Assembly (NCBI GenBank): GCA_039935135.1
Contig: JBDTKU010000118.1
Location: 1,234 to 65,233, forward strand
Direction: 5' to 3'
Source: Ginsengibacter sp.
Lineage (GTDB): Bacteria > Bacteroidota > Bacteroidia > Chitinophagales > Chitinophagaceae
Length of the DNA stretch: 64,000 bases
Below are positions 31,032-40,991 of the stretch, in pieces. Made by a program: the position numbers and the translations under genes. The first letter of the stretch is position 1. Every line of letters starts with the position of its first letter. Below the pieces are notes generated by a model, which did not search any database, was not told where the DNA came from, and was given only the letters and a program-made list of their open reading frames with translations.

Positions 31032-32486
31032 TTAATGAGCGTGTGCTTCCACTTCTTCCGCATAAAATTTATCAGCACTCATTTCTTCCATGCCAGACAT
31101 TTTATCTTTATATTTTTCACCACTTAATTTCAAAATCGCTTTAATTTCAGCCGCTGCAATTACAGGGAAATACTTGGCAAATAAGAAATAACAAACAAAG
31201 AATAGTCCAAATGTGCCCAGGTAAAATCCTATTTCCCAGATAGAAGGGCTGTAATAAGTTGTCCATGAAGAAGGAAGGTAATCTCTGTAAATAGAAGTTA
31301 CAATGATCACGAAACGTTCAAACCACATTCCCACGTTTACAAGTATAGCCAGGAAGAAAGTGAACAACACATTTCTCCGCAATTTTCTTGACCAAAAAAG
31401 CTGTGGCGAAACCACATTACAGAACATCATACCATAATAAGCCCAGCCATAAGGGCTGAAAATATTTACCCTGTTTTCACGGAAAGCCCACCATTCATAA
31501 GTGTTCTGGCTATACCATGCCACAAACAATTCAGAAAGATAAGCACATCCCACAATGGAACCCGTAAGAACAATTACCTTATTCATTGCCTCAATATGCC
31601 CGATAGTTATATAATCTTCGAGGTGTAATAGCTTTCTTGTAATGATCAATAAATTTTGAACCATAGCAAACCCCGAAAATACCGCACCCGCAACAAAGTA
31701 AGGAGGGAAAATCGTAGTATGCCAACCTGGAATTACTGAGGTGGCGAAGTCGAATGATACTATAGTATGTACAGACAACACAAGAGGAGTAGCCAATCCC
31801 GCTAATACGAGCGCAAGGCTTTCCTGGCGTTGCCAGTGTTTGGTGCTGCCTGTCCAGCCAAAAGAAGCAAGGCCATAAAACATTTTTCTGAACTTAGTTT
31901 TTGCCCTGTCCCGCACAGTAGCAAGGTCAGGTAAAAGTCCTGTGTACCAGAAAAGTAAAGAAACAGTAAAGTAAGTTGATACCGCAAACACGTCCCACAA
32001 AAGAGCAGAATTAAAGTTAGGCCAAACCGGGCCACGTGAATTAGGATAAGGTAACACAAAGAATCCCATCCAAACTCTTCCCATGTGAAAAATTGGGAAC
32101 TGACCAGCACACATTACAGCAAAGATTGTCATGGCTTCAGCAGCTCTGTTAACACCTGTTCTCCATTTTTGTCCAAACAATAAAAGTATCGCAGAGATCA
32201 ATGTGCCCGCATGTCCAATTCCTATCCACCAAACGAAGTTGGTGATATCCCATCCCCATCCTACAGTATGGTTGATGTTCCATTGGCCAATACCGTAATC
32301 CACTTCACGGTAAACAGAATAAACTCCAAAAAGCAACAATGCCACAGCTATTGAGAAACCAATCCACCAAAGACGAGTCGGAGAAGTTTCTACCGGGCTA
32401 ATAATATCTTCTGTAACCTGGTGATAAGTTTTATCACCATCAATTAGAGGCTCACGGAGTTGCGATTCATATTTTAATAATGACAT
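31032..32486 (-). CDS. actC: Alternative complex III subunit C (NrfD/PsrC family)
   Basis: FVWWIGIGHAGTLISA, HMGR, GMWFERFVII. Confidence 0.95.
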   Translation of the reverse strand: MSLLKYESQLREPLIDGDKTYHQVTEDIISPVETSPTRLWWIGFSIAVALLLFGVYSVYREVDYGIGQWNINHTVGWGWDITNFVWWIGIGHAGTLISAILLLFGQKWRTGVNRAAEAMTIFAVMCAGQFPIFHMGRVWMGFFVLPYPNSRGPVWPNFNSALLWDVFAVSTYFTVSLLFWYTGLLPDLATVRDRAKTKFRKMFYGLASFGWTGSTKHWQRQESLALVLAGLATPLVLSVHTIVSFDFATSVIPGWHTTIFPPYFVAGAVFSGFAMVQNLLIITRKLLHLEDYITIGHIEAMNKVIVLTGSIVGCAYLSELFVAWYSQNTYEWWAFRENRVNIFSPYGWAYYGMMFCNVVSPQLFWSRKLRRNVLFTFFLAILVNVGMWFERFVIIVTSIYRDYLPSSWTTYYSPSIWEIGFYLGTFGLFFVCYFLFAKYFPVIAAAEIKAILKLSGEKYKDKMSGMEEMSADKFYAEEVEAHAH

Positions 32487-32543
32487 ACTCTTTTATTAGC
32501 TTTTACCTACAGGTTAATCTGTAAGCTTATTAAATATCGGTTA

Positions 32544-35500
32544 TTAAACTTTTTCTTTTGTGCTTCCTACTTCCCTGGTCGTATTTCTTACCAAGGTAAG
32601 ATAGTTGATATTAGGAAGCGTGTGCAACGGTTCAAGCACATAAAACTTCCTGTTCTTTTGTTCTTCATTTCTTAATTTAGAAATCTTACTTTCCGGATCA
32701 TTTACATTGCCAAACTGGATTGCATGAGTAGGACAAGCCTGCATACATGCAGTTTTTGCTTCCTGATCCTTCATCACCCTGTCTTCCTTCTTCGCATTCA
32801 ATTTTGCAAGTTGCAAACGTTGAATACAGAAAGTACATTTTTCCATAACCCCTCTTGAACGTACTGTAACATCAGGATTTAAAACCATCCTCGTGAGATC
32901 ATCCTGCAGGTTCATGGTAGCATCGGAAATAATACCACGTTGGTTATCCGGGAAGCTATCAGCTCCATTCCAGTCAGCCCAGTTAAACCGACGTACTTTA
33001 TATGGACAGTTGTTAGCACAATATTTTGTACCGATACAACGGTTATAGATCATTTGGTTCAAGCCTTCACTGCTGTGGTTAGTAGCAGAAACAGGACAAA
33101 CATTTTCACACGGAGCATTATCGCATTGCTGGCAAAGCATAGGTTGAAACACCACATCCGGCTTTTTGGGATCACCAGTGTAATAACGGTCAATTCGAAT
33201 CCATTGCATATCCTGGAATCTTGCCACATCTGCTTTACCAACAGTCGAAATATTATTTTCAGCAACACAGGCAATTGTACAAGCGCCACATCCGATACAA
33301 GTATTCAGATCAATACTCATCCCCCATTTAATTCCAGGTCTGTCGTAAGTTGGATAAAGCGTAGCGTCTCTGGTAAAGTTTTCGCCATATTGTTTCAACT
33401 CTTCTTCTATTTCTTCATTAAGTGCACCCGGATGGGCAATAAAATCAGCCATCCTTGCCTCCCTTACTACTGGTCTTCCTTCTGTTAAACTGTGAGTCTG
33501 CGTTGTTGCAATTTTATACTCTTTGTCGGTCTTTTCAACCTGCACAGGAGCATTATACACTATATTGGAACCATTAAAAACTACAAAAGGATAAGCGTTT
33601 TTACCAGAGCCAACCGCAGCAGGTCCGATATATTCAGCAGTTTTTGTTTTGTCGTTACTTTCTCTTCCATATCCAACTGCCACAGCCACTACGTCCGGAT
33701 GCATCCCAGGTGTTATCATCGCTGCCAGTTCAATCGTCTTTCCATTGGAGGTAAGTTTTACAACCGGTTTTTCAGGATGAACTTCGTATTTGTCAGATTC
33801 GCGTGGGTTGAAAAGGTCAATATCAAAAAGTTTTTTACCTAACTCAGGAGAAATCATCGCGTAATTGTCCCAGGCAGCTTTAGACATTGGATCGCTGGCT
33901 TCCTGTAACCAGGCATTGCCGGCTCTTGCCCCTGTACCCATTGAAATTTTTTGATACAATACCATTTCAATTTCACCGCCTTTGACAGCACCAATTTTTG
34001 ATGCCGCATCCGCAATATTTCCTGTAAAAGCAGTTGCAGTTACTGTGGAATTATTTGCTGTAGAAACACTACCACTTTTTGCAGCGGCACTTTTATTACT
34101 TATTGATATGGAAGAGTCACTTATAGCTTGATTAGGAAATGCCGCAGGTGCTACTGATCCAATGGAATCCGCAGATCCCACAGCCGCCAAAGCAGTCGCA
34201 ACACCTGAAGTAAGATTAGAAGGGTTAACTACCACAGCTTCTGTGCGAAGTTTTGAATTCTCCATAACGCCATCCTGTAAAAAGGTTTCATACCTGTCAA
34301 GGCTTCCTAGTTTTTGCAACCAATATGCTCTGAAATATCCTTCGTATTCTCCTCCATTTCCTGTTAATTTCAAAAGGGAAGATTCAAATTGTCTTGTTTT
34401 AAACAATGGATGTATCAGCGGTTGTAATGCGCTTATATATCCTGTTTGCTGTTCAGAATCGCCCCAGCTTTCCAGCCAGTGATGAGAAGGAATTACATAT
34501 TTACACAACTCAGTGGTTTCGTCCATTTTTTCACTGTAAGAAAGTGTGAACGGACATTTCTTTAATCCCTCAGCAAATTTCTTAGCATCAAAATAATTGT
34601 AAACAGGGTTAGCTCCATACACAATCAATGCGCCCACATTTCCGGCATTTAAATCCTGTGTAAGTGCTACCATATCCGCATCAACTCCCTGGCGGTAATT
34701 AATTTTAGTATTCCAATCAATAGTAGAGCCGTTTGCACCTATTGCCTGGTTTATCGCGTTAACAATAACCTGGATATTTTTATCATTACTACCGCAAACT
34801 ACTAAGGCAGCACCTTTGTTTGTCATTAATTCCGCGGCAGTTTTTTTAACTCCGTCTGCAAGATCGCCTTGTAGCGAGGCCGTCGTTCCTCCCCCCAATG
34901 CACCCAAAATAGCAAGTGCAATCGCACCTGTTTCAGATGGTTTATGAAGATATCTTTCATCCGCATTTGCACCCGTCATACTGTAATATCCTTCAAATTG
35001 AATATGCCTGCTCATTGAAGGATGCTTTTCATTGATCCTTCTTCCCACCGCATATTGATTTGAAAAAACAACCGGGCTAATCCAGTTACCAAGGAAATCA
35101 GCATCAAGACTTACTATCACTTTTGCTCTATCAAAGCGATAGGCAGGAATCCACTTCTTTCCATAAGAAGCTTCATTTGCTTCGATCATTCCACTACATG
35201 AAACCGCATCATATTGAACATGGCGGCTTCCCGGGCGCTTTGATAAAAGGTCATTTATAATTTGCCTTCCCGAAACAGAAGTATAAGAACTAGTCAATAA
35301 AACCAATGGTTTACCTGCATTGGCATTTAATCCATCAGCTACCATTTTATCTATGGCTTCAAAAGTGGCTTCCTTTTTATTTACCATTGGGTAACGAAGC
35401 CTTGTGGTATCATACAAATCTAAAACTGAGGCCTGAACTTGTGCTGATGTGCCACCTTCTGTTAAAGAAGACAGCCCATTACCTTCTATTTTAATAGGGC

Positions 35501-35840
35501 GTCCTTCCGTTTGTTTCACTACCACCGGCACTGCATCCCCATCGCTTAAATAAGTTGAAGCATAATAATTAGGTATTCCAGCTATAATATCATCAGGTTT
35601 GTGGAGAAAGGGTATGCTTTTACGAACAGGCATTTCACAACTGGCAGCAATAGCCGCCGCCGCGGTGCTGAATCCCATATATTTCAAAAAATCCCTTCTT
35701 GGAGTTTTAGCATTGAAAATATTTTCATCAGCTAACTCTTCAAAAGGAAGCTCCTTTGTGAATTCATTTTTTAATGCTTTTTTATTGGCTTCCGTTTGGT
35801 TTAGTTCTCCAAAATTCTGCCAGTATTTTTTTTCACTCAT
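32544..35840 (-). CDS. actB: Alternative complex III subunit B (molybdopterin-oxidoreductase-like plus Fe-S domain)
   Basis: Tat motif RRDFLK with lipoprotein Cys; Fe-S motifs CIGCGAC, CQQCDNAPC, CIGTKYCANNCP, KCTFC. Confidence 0.95.
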   Translation of the reverse strand: MSEKKYWQNFGELNQTEANKKALKNEFTKELPFEELADENIFNAKTPRRDFLKYMGFSTAAAAIAASCEMPVRKSIPFLHKPDDIIAGIPNYYASTYLSDGDAVPVVVKQTEGRPIKIEGNGLSSLTEGGTSAQVQASVLDLYDTTRLRYPMVNKKEATFEAIDKMVADGLNANAGKPLVLLTSSYTSVSGRQIINDLLSKRPGSRHVQYDAVSCSGMIEANEASYGKKWIPAYRFDRAKVIVSLDADFLGNWISPVVFSNQYAVGRRINEKHPSMSRHIQFEGYYSMTGANADERYLHKPSETGAIALAILGALGGGTTASLQGDLADGVKKTAAELMTNKGAALVVCGSNDKNIQVIVNAINQAIGANGSTIDWNTKINYRQGVDADMVALTQDLNAGNVGALIVYGANPVYNYFDAKKFAEGLKKCPFTLSYSEKMDETTELCKYVIPSHHWLESWGDSEQQTGYISALQPLIHPLFKTRQFESSLLKLTGNGGEYEGYFRAYWLQKLGSLDRYETFLQDGVMENSKLRTEAVVVNPSNLTSGVATALAAVGSADSIGSVAPAAFPNQAISDSSISISNKSAAAKSGSVSTANNSTVTATAFTGNIADAASKIGAVKGGEIEMVLYQKISMGTGARAGNAWLQEASDPMSKAAWDNYAMISPELGKKLFDIDLFNPRESDKYEVHPEKPVVKLTSNGKTIELAAMITPGMHPDVVAVAVGYGRESNDKTKTAEYIGPAAVGSGKNAYPFVVFNGSNIVYNAPVQVEKTDKEYKIATTQTHSLTEGRPVVREARMADFIAHPGALNEEIEEELKQYGENFTRDATLYPTYDRPGIKWGMSIDLNTCIGCGACTIACVAENNISTVGKADVARFQDMQWIRIDRYYTGDPKKPDVVFQPMLCQQCDNAPCENVCPVSATNHSSEGLNQMIYNRCIGTKYCANNCPYKVRRFNWADWNGADSFPDNQRGIISDATMNLQDDLTRMVLNPDVTVRSRGVMEKCTFCIQRLQLAKLNAKKEDRVMKDQEAKTACMQACPTHAIQFGNVNDPESKISKLRNEEQKNRKFYVLEPLHTLPNINYLTLVRNTTREVGSTKEKV

Positions 35841-35950
35841 ATTTATTCCATCCGGCAAGGCGGATTATTACCTTAAATCAAAAGATCTAAGAAATGAACA
35901 ATATTGTTTCTTTGTTTTAATCAAACTTTATTAGAAGCCAGGGCCTTATT

Positions 35951-37222
35951 TTAATAATGACATTTCCCACACTCAGTTCCGCCAATCATCTGCACCGTTA
36001 CACTATCATACTTTTTATCTTTAATATCCTGGTGGAATTTTTCGTAGATACTGTAAAATTTATTCCCATCACCTTTGTTGTCATTAAATTGAACATTAGT
36101 AGTTCTGTGACAGTTTACGCACCATCCCATGCTCAAGTCAGCAAATTGTTTTACCTGAACCATATTCTGAATTTCTCCATGGCAGGTTTGGCAGGCTACC
36201 TGGCCAACTTTTACGTGTTGAGAGTGGTTGAAATACACGAAGTCAGGAAGATTATGAATTTGTACCCACTCAATTGGTTTGCCAGGCTCGTCATATTTTT
36301 TAGTATCAGGATTCCAGCCGGCATATTTATATAATTTTTGAATTTCTTCATTCGCATCTACTGTTGTTCCGTCATCCCGGGTTATTGGCGTTCCTGTATA
36401 TTCTTTCACAGACATGTGGCAGTTCATACAAACATTCACAGCAGGGATTGTCGCATGCTTACTATCCTGAGCACCACCGTGGCAATACAAACAACTGATC
36501 TGGTTTACTCCCGCATGAACTTTATGAACAAAATAGATCGGCTGGTTTGGTTGGTATCCCTGTTGACGACCTAATCCCATAGCGCCCTCAACCAGGAAGT
36601 ATCCGGCAAAAACAAAAAGGACAATGGTAATCAGCAGTAAATATGTTTTATTTCTGTAGAAGGGTACATTTGGTGGAGATTTTATTCCGTCCTTTTCATC
36701 TGTAAGTTTTTTAAGATTGCTGTTAACCTGCAACAGCACCAGACCAATCACCGCTAATATCAAAGTAAGCAATCCATATAATACTGTATTATCAGAAGTA
36801 GGAGTTGCACTTACACCTACTGCACCAGGAGCGCCGGTAGCTGTTCCAGTTCCGGGTTCAGTAAATTTATCTGCATAATCTAATATAGCATCAATATCTG
36901 AATTGGTTAAATCAGGAAATGAAGTCATTACCACTCCGCCCATTTCATCCTTTAGTTTCTTGGCATAAGGATCTGTCATTGCCATTGCGGAGGCATTTCG
37001 AATCCATTCATAATGCCAACCTTTTGAAGGTTCTCTATCGCGGGCACCCTTCAGGGCTGGTCCTACATATTTCGTGTCTGGTTTATGGCAACTCGCGCAG
37101 TTTGCTTTAAAAAGAGCCTCCCCATCAGAAGATTGAGCATACAAAAAATTCTGGGAGGAAATTAAAGTTAGAAAAATGAATACCGCGAATGTCTTAGTAA
37201 AAAGCCTTTTTACTTGATTCAT
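35951..37222 (-). CDS. actA: Alternative complex III hexaheme cytochrome c subunit A
   Basis: Six CxxCH: one N-terminal monoheme domain plus pentaheme domain ending CGKCHY. Confidence 0.95.
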   Translation of the reverse strand: MNQVKRLFTKTFAVFIFLTLISSQNFLYAQSSDGEALFKANCASCHKPDTKYVGPALKGARDREPSKGWHYEWIRNASAMAMTDPYAKKLKDEMGGVVMTSFPDLTNSDIDAILDYADKFTEPGTGTATGAPGAVGVSATPTSDNTVLYGLLTLILAVIGLVLLQVNSNLKKLTDEKDGIKSPPNVPFYRNKTYLLLITIVLFVFAGYFLVEGAMGLGRQQGYQPNQPIYFVHKVHAGVNQISCLYCHGGAQDSKHATIPAVNVCMNCHMSVKEYTGTPITRDDGTTVDANEEIQKLYKYAGWNPDTKKYDEPGKPIEWVQIHNLPDFVYFNHSQHVKVGQVACQTCHGEIQNMVQVKQFADLSMGWCVNCHRTTNVQFNDNKGDGNKFYSIYEKFHQDIKDKKYDSVTVQMIGGTECGKCHY

Positions 37223-37269
37223 ACTCTTTTTTACCTATCTTGATTATGGAATAATAACATTGTTGACCG

Positions 37270-37277
37270 CAAAAGTA
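37270..37277 (-). promoter_or_regulatory. Bacteroidetes -7 promoter element of act-cox operon
   Basis: TACTTTTG matches TAnnTTTG about 48 bp upstream of actA. Confidence 0.6.
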
Positions 37278-37817
37278 ACGAAGCATGTTGAGAAAATCTT
37301 AACATTTTTAAATTTTTTTTTTCTTAATTAATAATCTTTTTCCAAAAAAAAAGACGTATTGATATAAGGAGTTTTATCAAAAATAAGTAGCAATCAATGA
37401 TATAAAGGATTATGATTTTTTCGAAAAAAGAGAAACAAGGTGAGATTTGTAATCCCTTTTTTAATTCAAAATATTTAATAAAAAAAGACAGTTATTTCTT
37501 TTTAAAAAAAATAAAAAAATAAATTCAAATTATCTTATGAAATCCTTTATCAATAAAAGGTTTGCAACTTATTTTTTTCTTATTACGAATTATCAATAGA
37601 AGTATTTTTAAATAGATTTATTTTTCCCGAATTATCTTTCTTTTCAGGTGGCAAAACAGGTTGCTATTTTACTTTTTACTTTGAAATAAAAATTAAAACC
37701 ATTTTATTTGAAAAGAGAATTTAGCCCTATGAATAAATTTAAATTGATTCATAAGTAAATGGATAATATTATTGCACCAAAAAAATACTTAATCATTTTA
37801 CTCAGTAACTAATCAAC

Positions 37818-38393
37818 ATGCGTGAACAAAATATCATCATTTTTGCTTCAGGAACAGGTAGCAATACGCAACAAATAATAAACTATTTCAAAGCAGATAA
37901 GGAGATCAAAATTTCCCTAATAGTTTGCAACAATCCTAAAGCAGGCGTATTGCAAATTGCAGCAAACGAACAAATTCCGGTTTTATTAATTCAGAAAGAT
38001 GAATTTGTAAGAAGTGGCTACCTGGATGAAATCAGGAAATATCATCCTGACCTGATTGTATTGGCCGGTTTCTTATGGAAAATTCCTGAAAAACTTATTA
38101 CTCATTTTCCACGACAGATAATTAATATACACCCCGCTTTGCTGCCAGCTTACGGAGGAAAAGGAATGTACGGAAACGCTGTGCATAATGCCGTGGTAAA
38201 TGCCAAAGAAAAAGAAAGCGGAATCACTATTCATTATGTGGATGATAAATACGATCATGGAGAGATCATTTTCCACGCTAAATGTTTTTTAGATTCCGCT
38301 GAAACTCCTGAATCTCTTGCTGGTAAAATTCATAAACTGGAACATCAATATCTTGCTGTCACCATCGAAAATATTTTGAGAAATAAATCTTGA
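37818..38393 (+). CDS. purN: Phosphoribosylglycinamide formyltransferase
   Basis: ASGTGSN, LAGF, INIHPALLP, GITIHYV..YDHG. Confidence 0.96.
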   Translation: MREQNIIIFASGTGSNTQQIINYFKADKEIKISLIVCNNPKAGVLQIAANEQIPVLLIQKDEFVRSGYLDEIRKYHPDLIVLAGFLWKIPEKLITHFPRQIINIHPALLPAYGGKGMYGNAVHNAVVNAKEKESGITIHYVDDKYDHGEIIFHAKCFLDSAETPESLAGKIHKLEHQYLAVTIENILRNKS

Positions 38394-38406
38394 TACGATT
38401 GGCGGC

Positions 38407-38440
38407 TAAATACAAATTGCAATTAATTATTGCTTTACTG
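38407..38440 (+). repeat. 34-bp dispersed site, copy I
   Basis: TAAATACAAAT TGCAA TTAATTATTGCTTTACTG, 13 bp after purN stop. Confidence 0.8.
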
Positions 38441-38513
38441 GCTGCAACTTCTAACTACAAAGTATTTGAAAAGTAACTATACTCTGCGCCGGATATATTT
38501 GTGTGACAAATCT

Positions 38514-38542
38514 AATTCGTGTAAATCCGTGTAATTCGTGGC
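38514..38542 (-). repeat. Short tandem CAC(G)GATT/CACGAATT-type repeat element, copy 1
   Basis: Minus strand GCCACGAATTACACGGATTTACACGAATT; related to 61650-61704. Confidence 0.7.
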
Positions 38543-38740
38543 AAAAAGCATTTGAGCGATAGCTCAAATAAAAATCATTACACATTTCCATCCGGCGGGC
38601 AGTATAAGAAAACAATTCCTTCAAGCTTCGACTGGGCCAACAAAAGAACAAAAAAGGGTTAGTGTGTGGGATTCATTTCCCATCCTAAAAATCTTTGGCA
38701 CGGGGTTTTATAAGTTTCTGTTGAACAAAAACTTATTATC

Positions 38741-38905
38741 ATGCTTAGATGGGCTATTATTTTCGTCGTAATTGCAATCATAGCGGCCATTTTAGGATTT
38801 GGCGGAATCGCCGCAGGCGCTGCTTCTATTGCAAAAATATTCTTTTGGATTTTCTTAATACTGTTTGTATTAACGCTGGTATTTGGTGGAAGAGTGTTCA
38901 AATAA
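38741..38905 (+). CDS. DUF1328 (YtjA-like) small membrane protein, 54 aa, absent from ORF track
   Basis: [54 protein letters not shown]. Confidence 0.92.
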   Translation: MLRWAIIFVVIAIIAAILGFGGIAAGAASIAKIFFWIFLILFVLTLVFGGRVFK

Positions 38906-38948
38906 CAAATTAGAACTGAACACGAATATTAAAATCCAATTGACATTG

Positions 38949-38984
38949 AAGATCCTGGAAAATTAAATCCAGGATCTTTTTTTT
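38949..38984 (+). terminator. Intrinsic terminator after DUF1328 gene
   Basis: AAGATCCTGGA/TCCAGGATCTT stem plus T-run. Confidence 0.85.
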
Positions 38985-39277
38985 AAATATTACATTACTT
39001 TCATTACACCAATTGTAGAATTGTTTACTCAGAAATATTCTGGTGATTAAAAAAATTTCCACGGTTTTCTGGATCACTAATAAATAATTAATTTTTTAAA
39101 AAACGAATTTCTTAAGAATAGTTATTACGACTCGATTCTTTATATAATCCTATAAGGCCACCCAGCGCAAACTATTGCTCTTTTATACATTTAAAATTCT
39201 TTTGCCGAACTATTTGAAAATATCATCACCTTCCTTTTATGACCGTTCAAAAAGAATCATTATAGCTCTTGAAATGG

Positions 39278-39311
39278 AAAATAAAAATCCTCTCTATTTG
39301 TTGCTTTACTG
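39278..39311 (+). repeat. 34-bp dispersed site, copy J
   Basis: AAAATAAAAAT CCTCT CTATTTGTTGCTTTACTG. Confidence 0.92.
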
Positions 39312-39361
39312 GAAATTTATTTACGATTATGCAAGGCCGTGATCAATTAAAAAAAACCATC

Positions 39362-39589
39362 TTATTTTCTTGGATCAAAAGAATAATGAAATTTATATTC
39401 TTTCAGAGGAGTGGTTTCCAATAAATTTTTCACAAAATAATCCCAACGCTTGCGCATCATGTACAATGAATATTGGCCATAACCATGATGGCTGTTGGGA
39501 AAAATAACCAGGTCATAATCTTTATTGGCTTTTTCTAATGCTTCAATGACCAACATCGTATTTGATGGCGGCACATTATCGTCCATCAA
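39362..39589 (-). pseudogene. C-terminal fragment of an S9 (dipeptidyl-peptidase IV-like) peptidase
   Basis: DDNVPP.NT and FPNSHHGY carry the catalytic Asp/His; GxSxG nucleophile and propeller domain absent. Confidence 0.85.
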
Positions 39590-39680
39590 ATAAAAATTTA
39601 TTCAGAAGAGTATCCTGCGAAGTAAAAAATTGAGACCAGTATTTTTGCTACCATTATCTTAAAAAAATAAGATGAAACAA

Positions 39681-39714
39681 CAGTAAAGCAACTAATATCA
39701 GTGATTTTTATTTT
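39681..39714 (-). repeat. 34-bp dispersed site, copy K
   Basis: Minus strand AAAATAAAAAT CACTG ATATTAGTTGCTTTACTG. Confidence 0.9.
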
Positions 39715-39841
39715 GCAGAAACAAAAAAAAAATTTGTAACCGAGGTTTCTATTCTATTATCTTTAAGGCTTCGTATTGCCTTTTGGCATTCGCCAATAAA
39801 GCTATTATTTAACTAACTCAATTTAAAAACCAATAACTACA

Positions 39842-40951
39842 ATGGAAGAAACTCTTAAGCCACAAAGGCTCTACTCTCTGGATGCCTTGCGTGGTTTTGA
39901 CATGTTCTGGATCATGGGCGCCGACGCAATTATGGAAAACATGAGCAAAGCCACCGGCTCTCCATTCTGGGAAACTTTAGCCACCCAATTTACCCATCCT
40001 CACTGGAACGGATTTCATTTTTACGATTTAATATTCCCGCTCTTTCTTTTTATCGCCGGCGTTGCTACTCCTTATTCCGTGGGCCGCGCAATGGAAAAAG
40101 GAAAAACCAAACAACAGGTTTTTTGGCGGGTGGTAAAAAGAGGATTGATACTCGTGCTTCTTGGGATTATTTATAACAATGGCTTGACGATAGAACCCAT
40201 TTCTAAAATGCGTTTCGCAAGTGTCCTGGGAAGAATTGGTTTGGCTTATATGTTTGCCAATATCATTTACATCTTTTCAAAATACCGCACACAAATCATT
40301 TGGTTTTTTGGAATTTTAATTGGCTACTGGCTGATGTTTAAATTCACATCGGCGCCCGGATATCCGCATGGAGATTTAACGATGGAAGGAAATTTTGCTT
40401 CGTATGTTGATCGTCTTTTTTTACCAGGAAGGCTTTATGAAAAAATTCATGATCCCGAAGGAATTATGTCCACCATTCCTGCAATTGCCACCGGTTTGCT
40501 GGGAATTTTGACAGGCCAGTTATTAAAAAATAGCCCTTATACGCAAAAAAGAAAAGCCGCGCTGATGGCCGGCGGCGGCGTAATTTTAATAATTGTCGCA
40601 TTGATTTGGAATCTTGATTTCCCCATTAATAAAAATCTATGGACCAGCTCTTTTGTTTTAAACGTAGGCGGCATCAGCCTTTTGCTGCTATCGCTGTTTT
40701 ATTATATCATAGATATTTTGGGATATAAAGGTTGGGCATTTTTCTTTAAGGTAGTCGGAATGAATTCTATCCTGATTTATTTATCGGGCAGGTTTATCAA
40801 TTGGCAATATAGCACGAATGCTTTTTTAGGATGGATCGGGCAGCTTACCGGTGACCCGTTTAATGCAGTGGTGATGGCTATTTGTGTTGTTTTTGTTAAA
40901 TGGGTATTCCTTTATTTTATGTACAAAAAGAAAATATTCCTGAGAGTTTAA
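39842..40951 (+). CDS. HGSNAT-like membrane acyltransferase (DUF5009 family)
   Basis: RLYSLDALRGFDM, DLIFPLFLF, DPEG, PINKNLWTSSF. Confidence 0.88.
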   Translation: MEETLKPQRLYSLDALRGFDMFWIMGADAIMENMSKATGSPFWETLATQFTHPHWNGFHFYDLIFPLFLFIAGVATPYSVGRAMEKGKTKQQVFWRVVKRGLILVLLGIIYNNGLTIEPISKMRFASVLGRIGLAYMFANIIYIFSKYRTQIIWFFGILIGYWLMFKFTSAPGYPHGDLTMEGNFASYVDRLFLPGRLYEKIHDPEGIMSTIPAIATGLLGILTGQLLKNSPYTQKRKAALMAGGGVILIIVALIWNLDFPINKNLWTSSFVLNVGGISLLLLSLFYYIIDILGYKGWAFFFKVVGMNSILIYLSGRFINWQYSTNAFLGWIGQLTGDPFNAVVMAICVVFVKWVFLYFMYKKKIFLRV

Positions 40952-40991
40952 AAAAAGAGTTAAGCTACATTTGAAAATAAAAATAAAAAAA

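Noticed and set aside
38659-38901. 80-aa minus-strand ORF in the track
   Set aside because: Shadow of the real + strand DUF1328 gene at 38741-38905.
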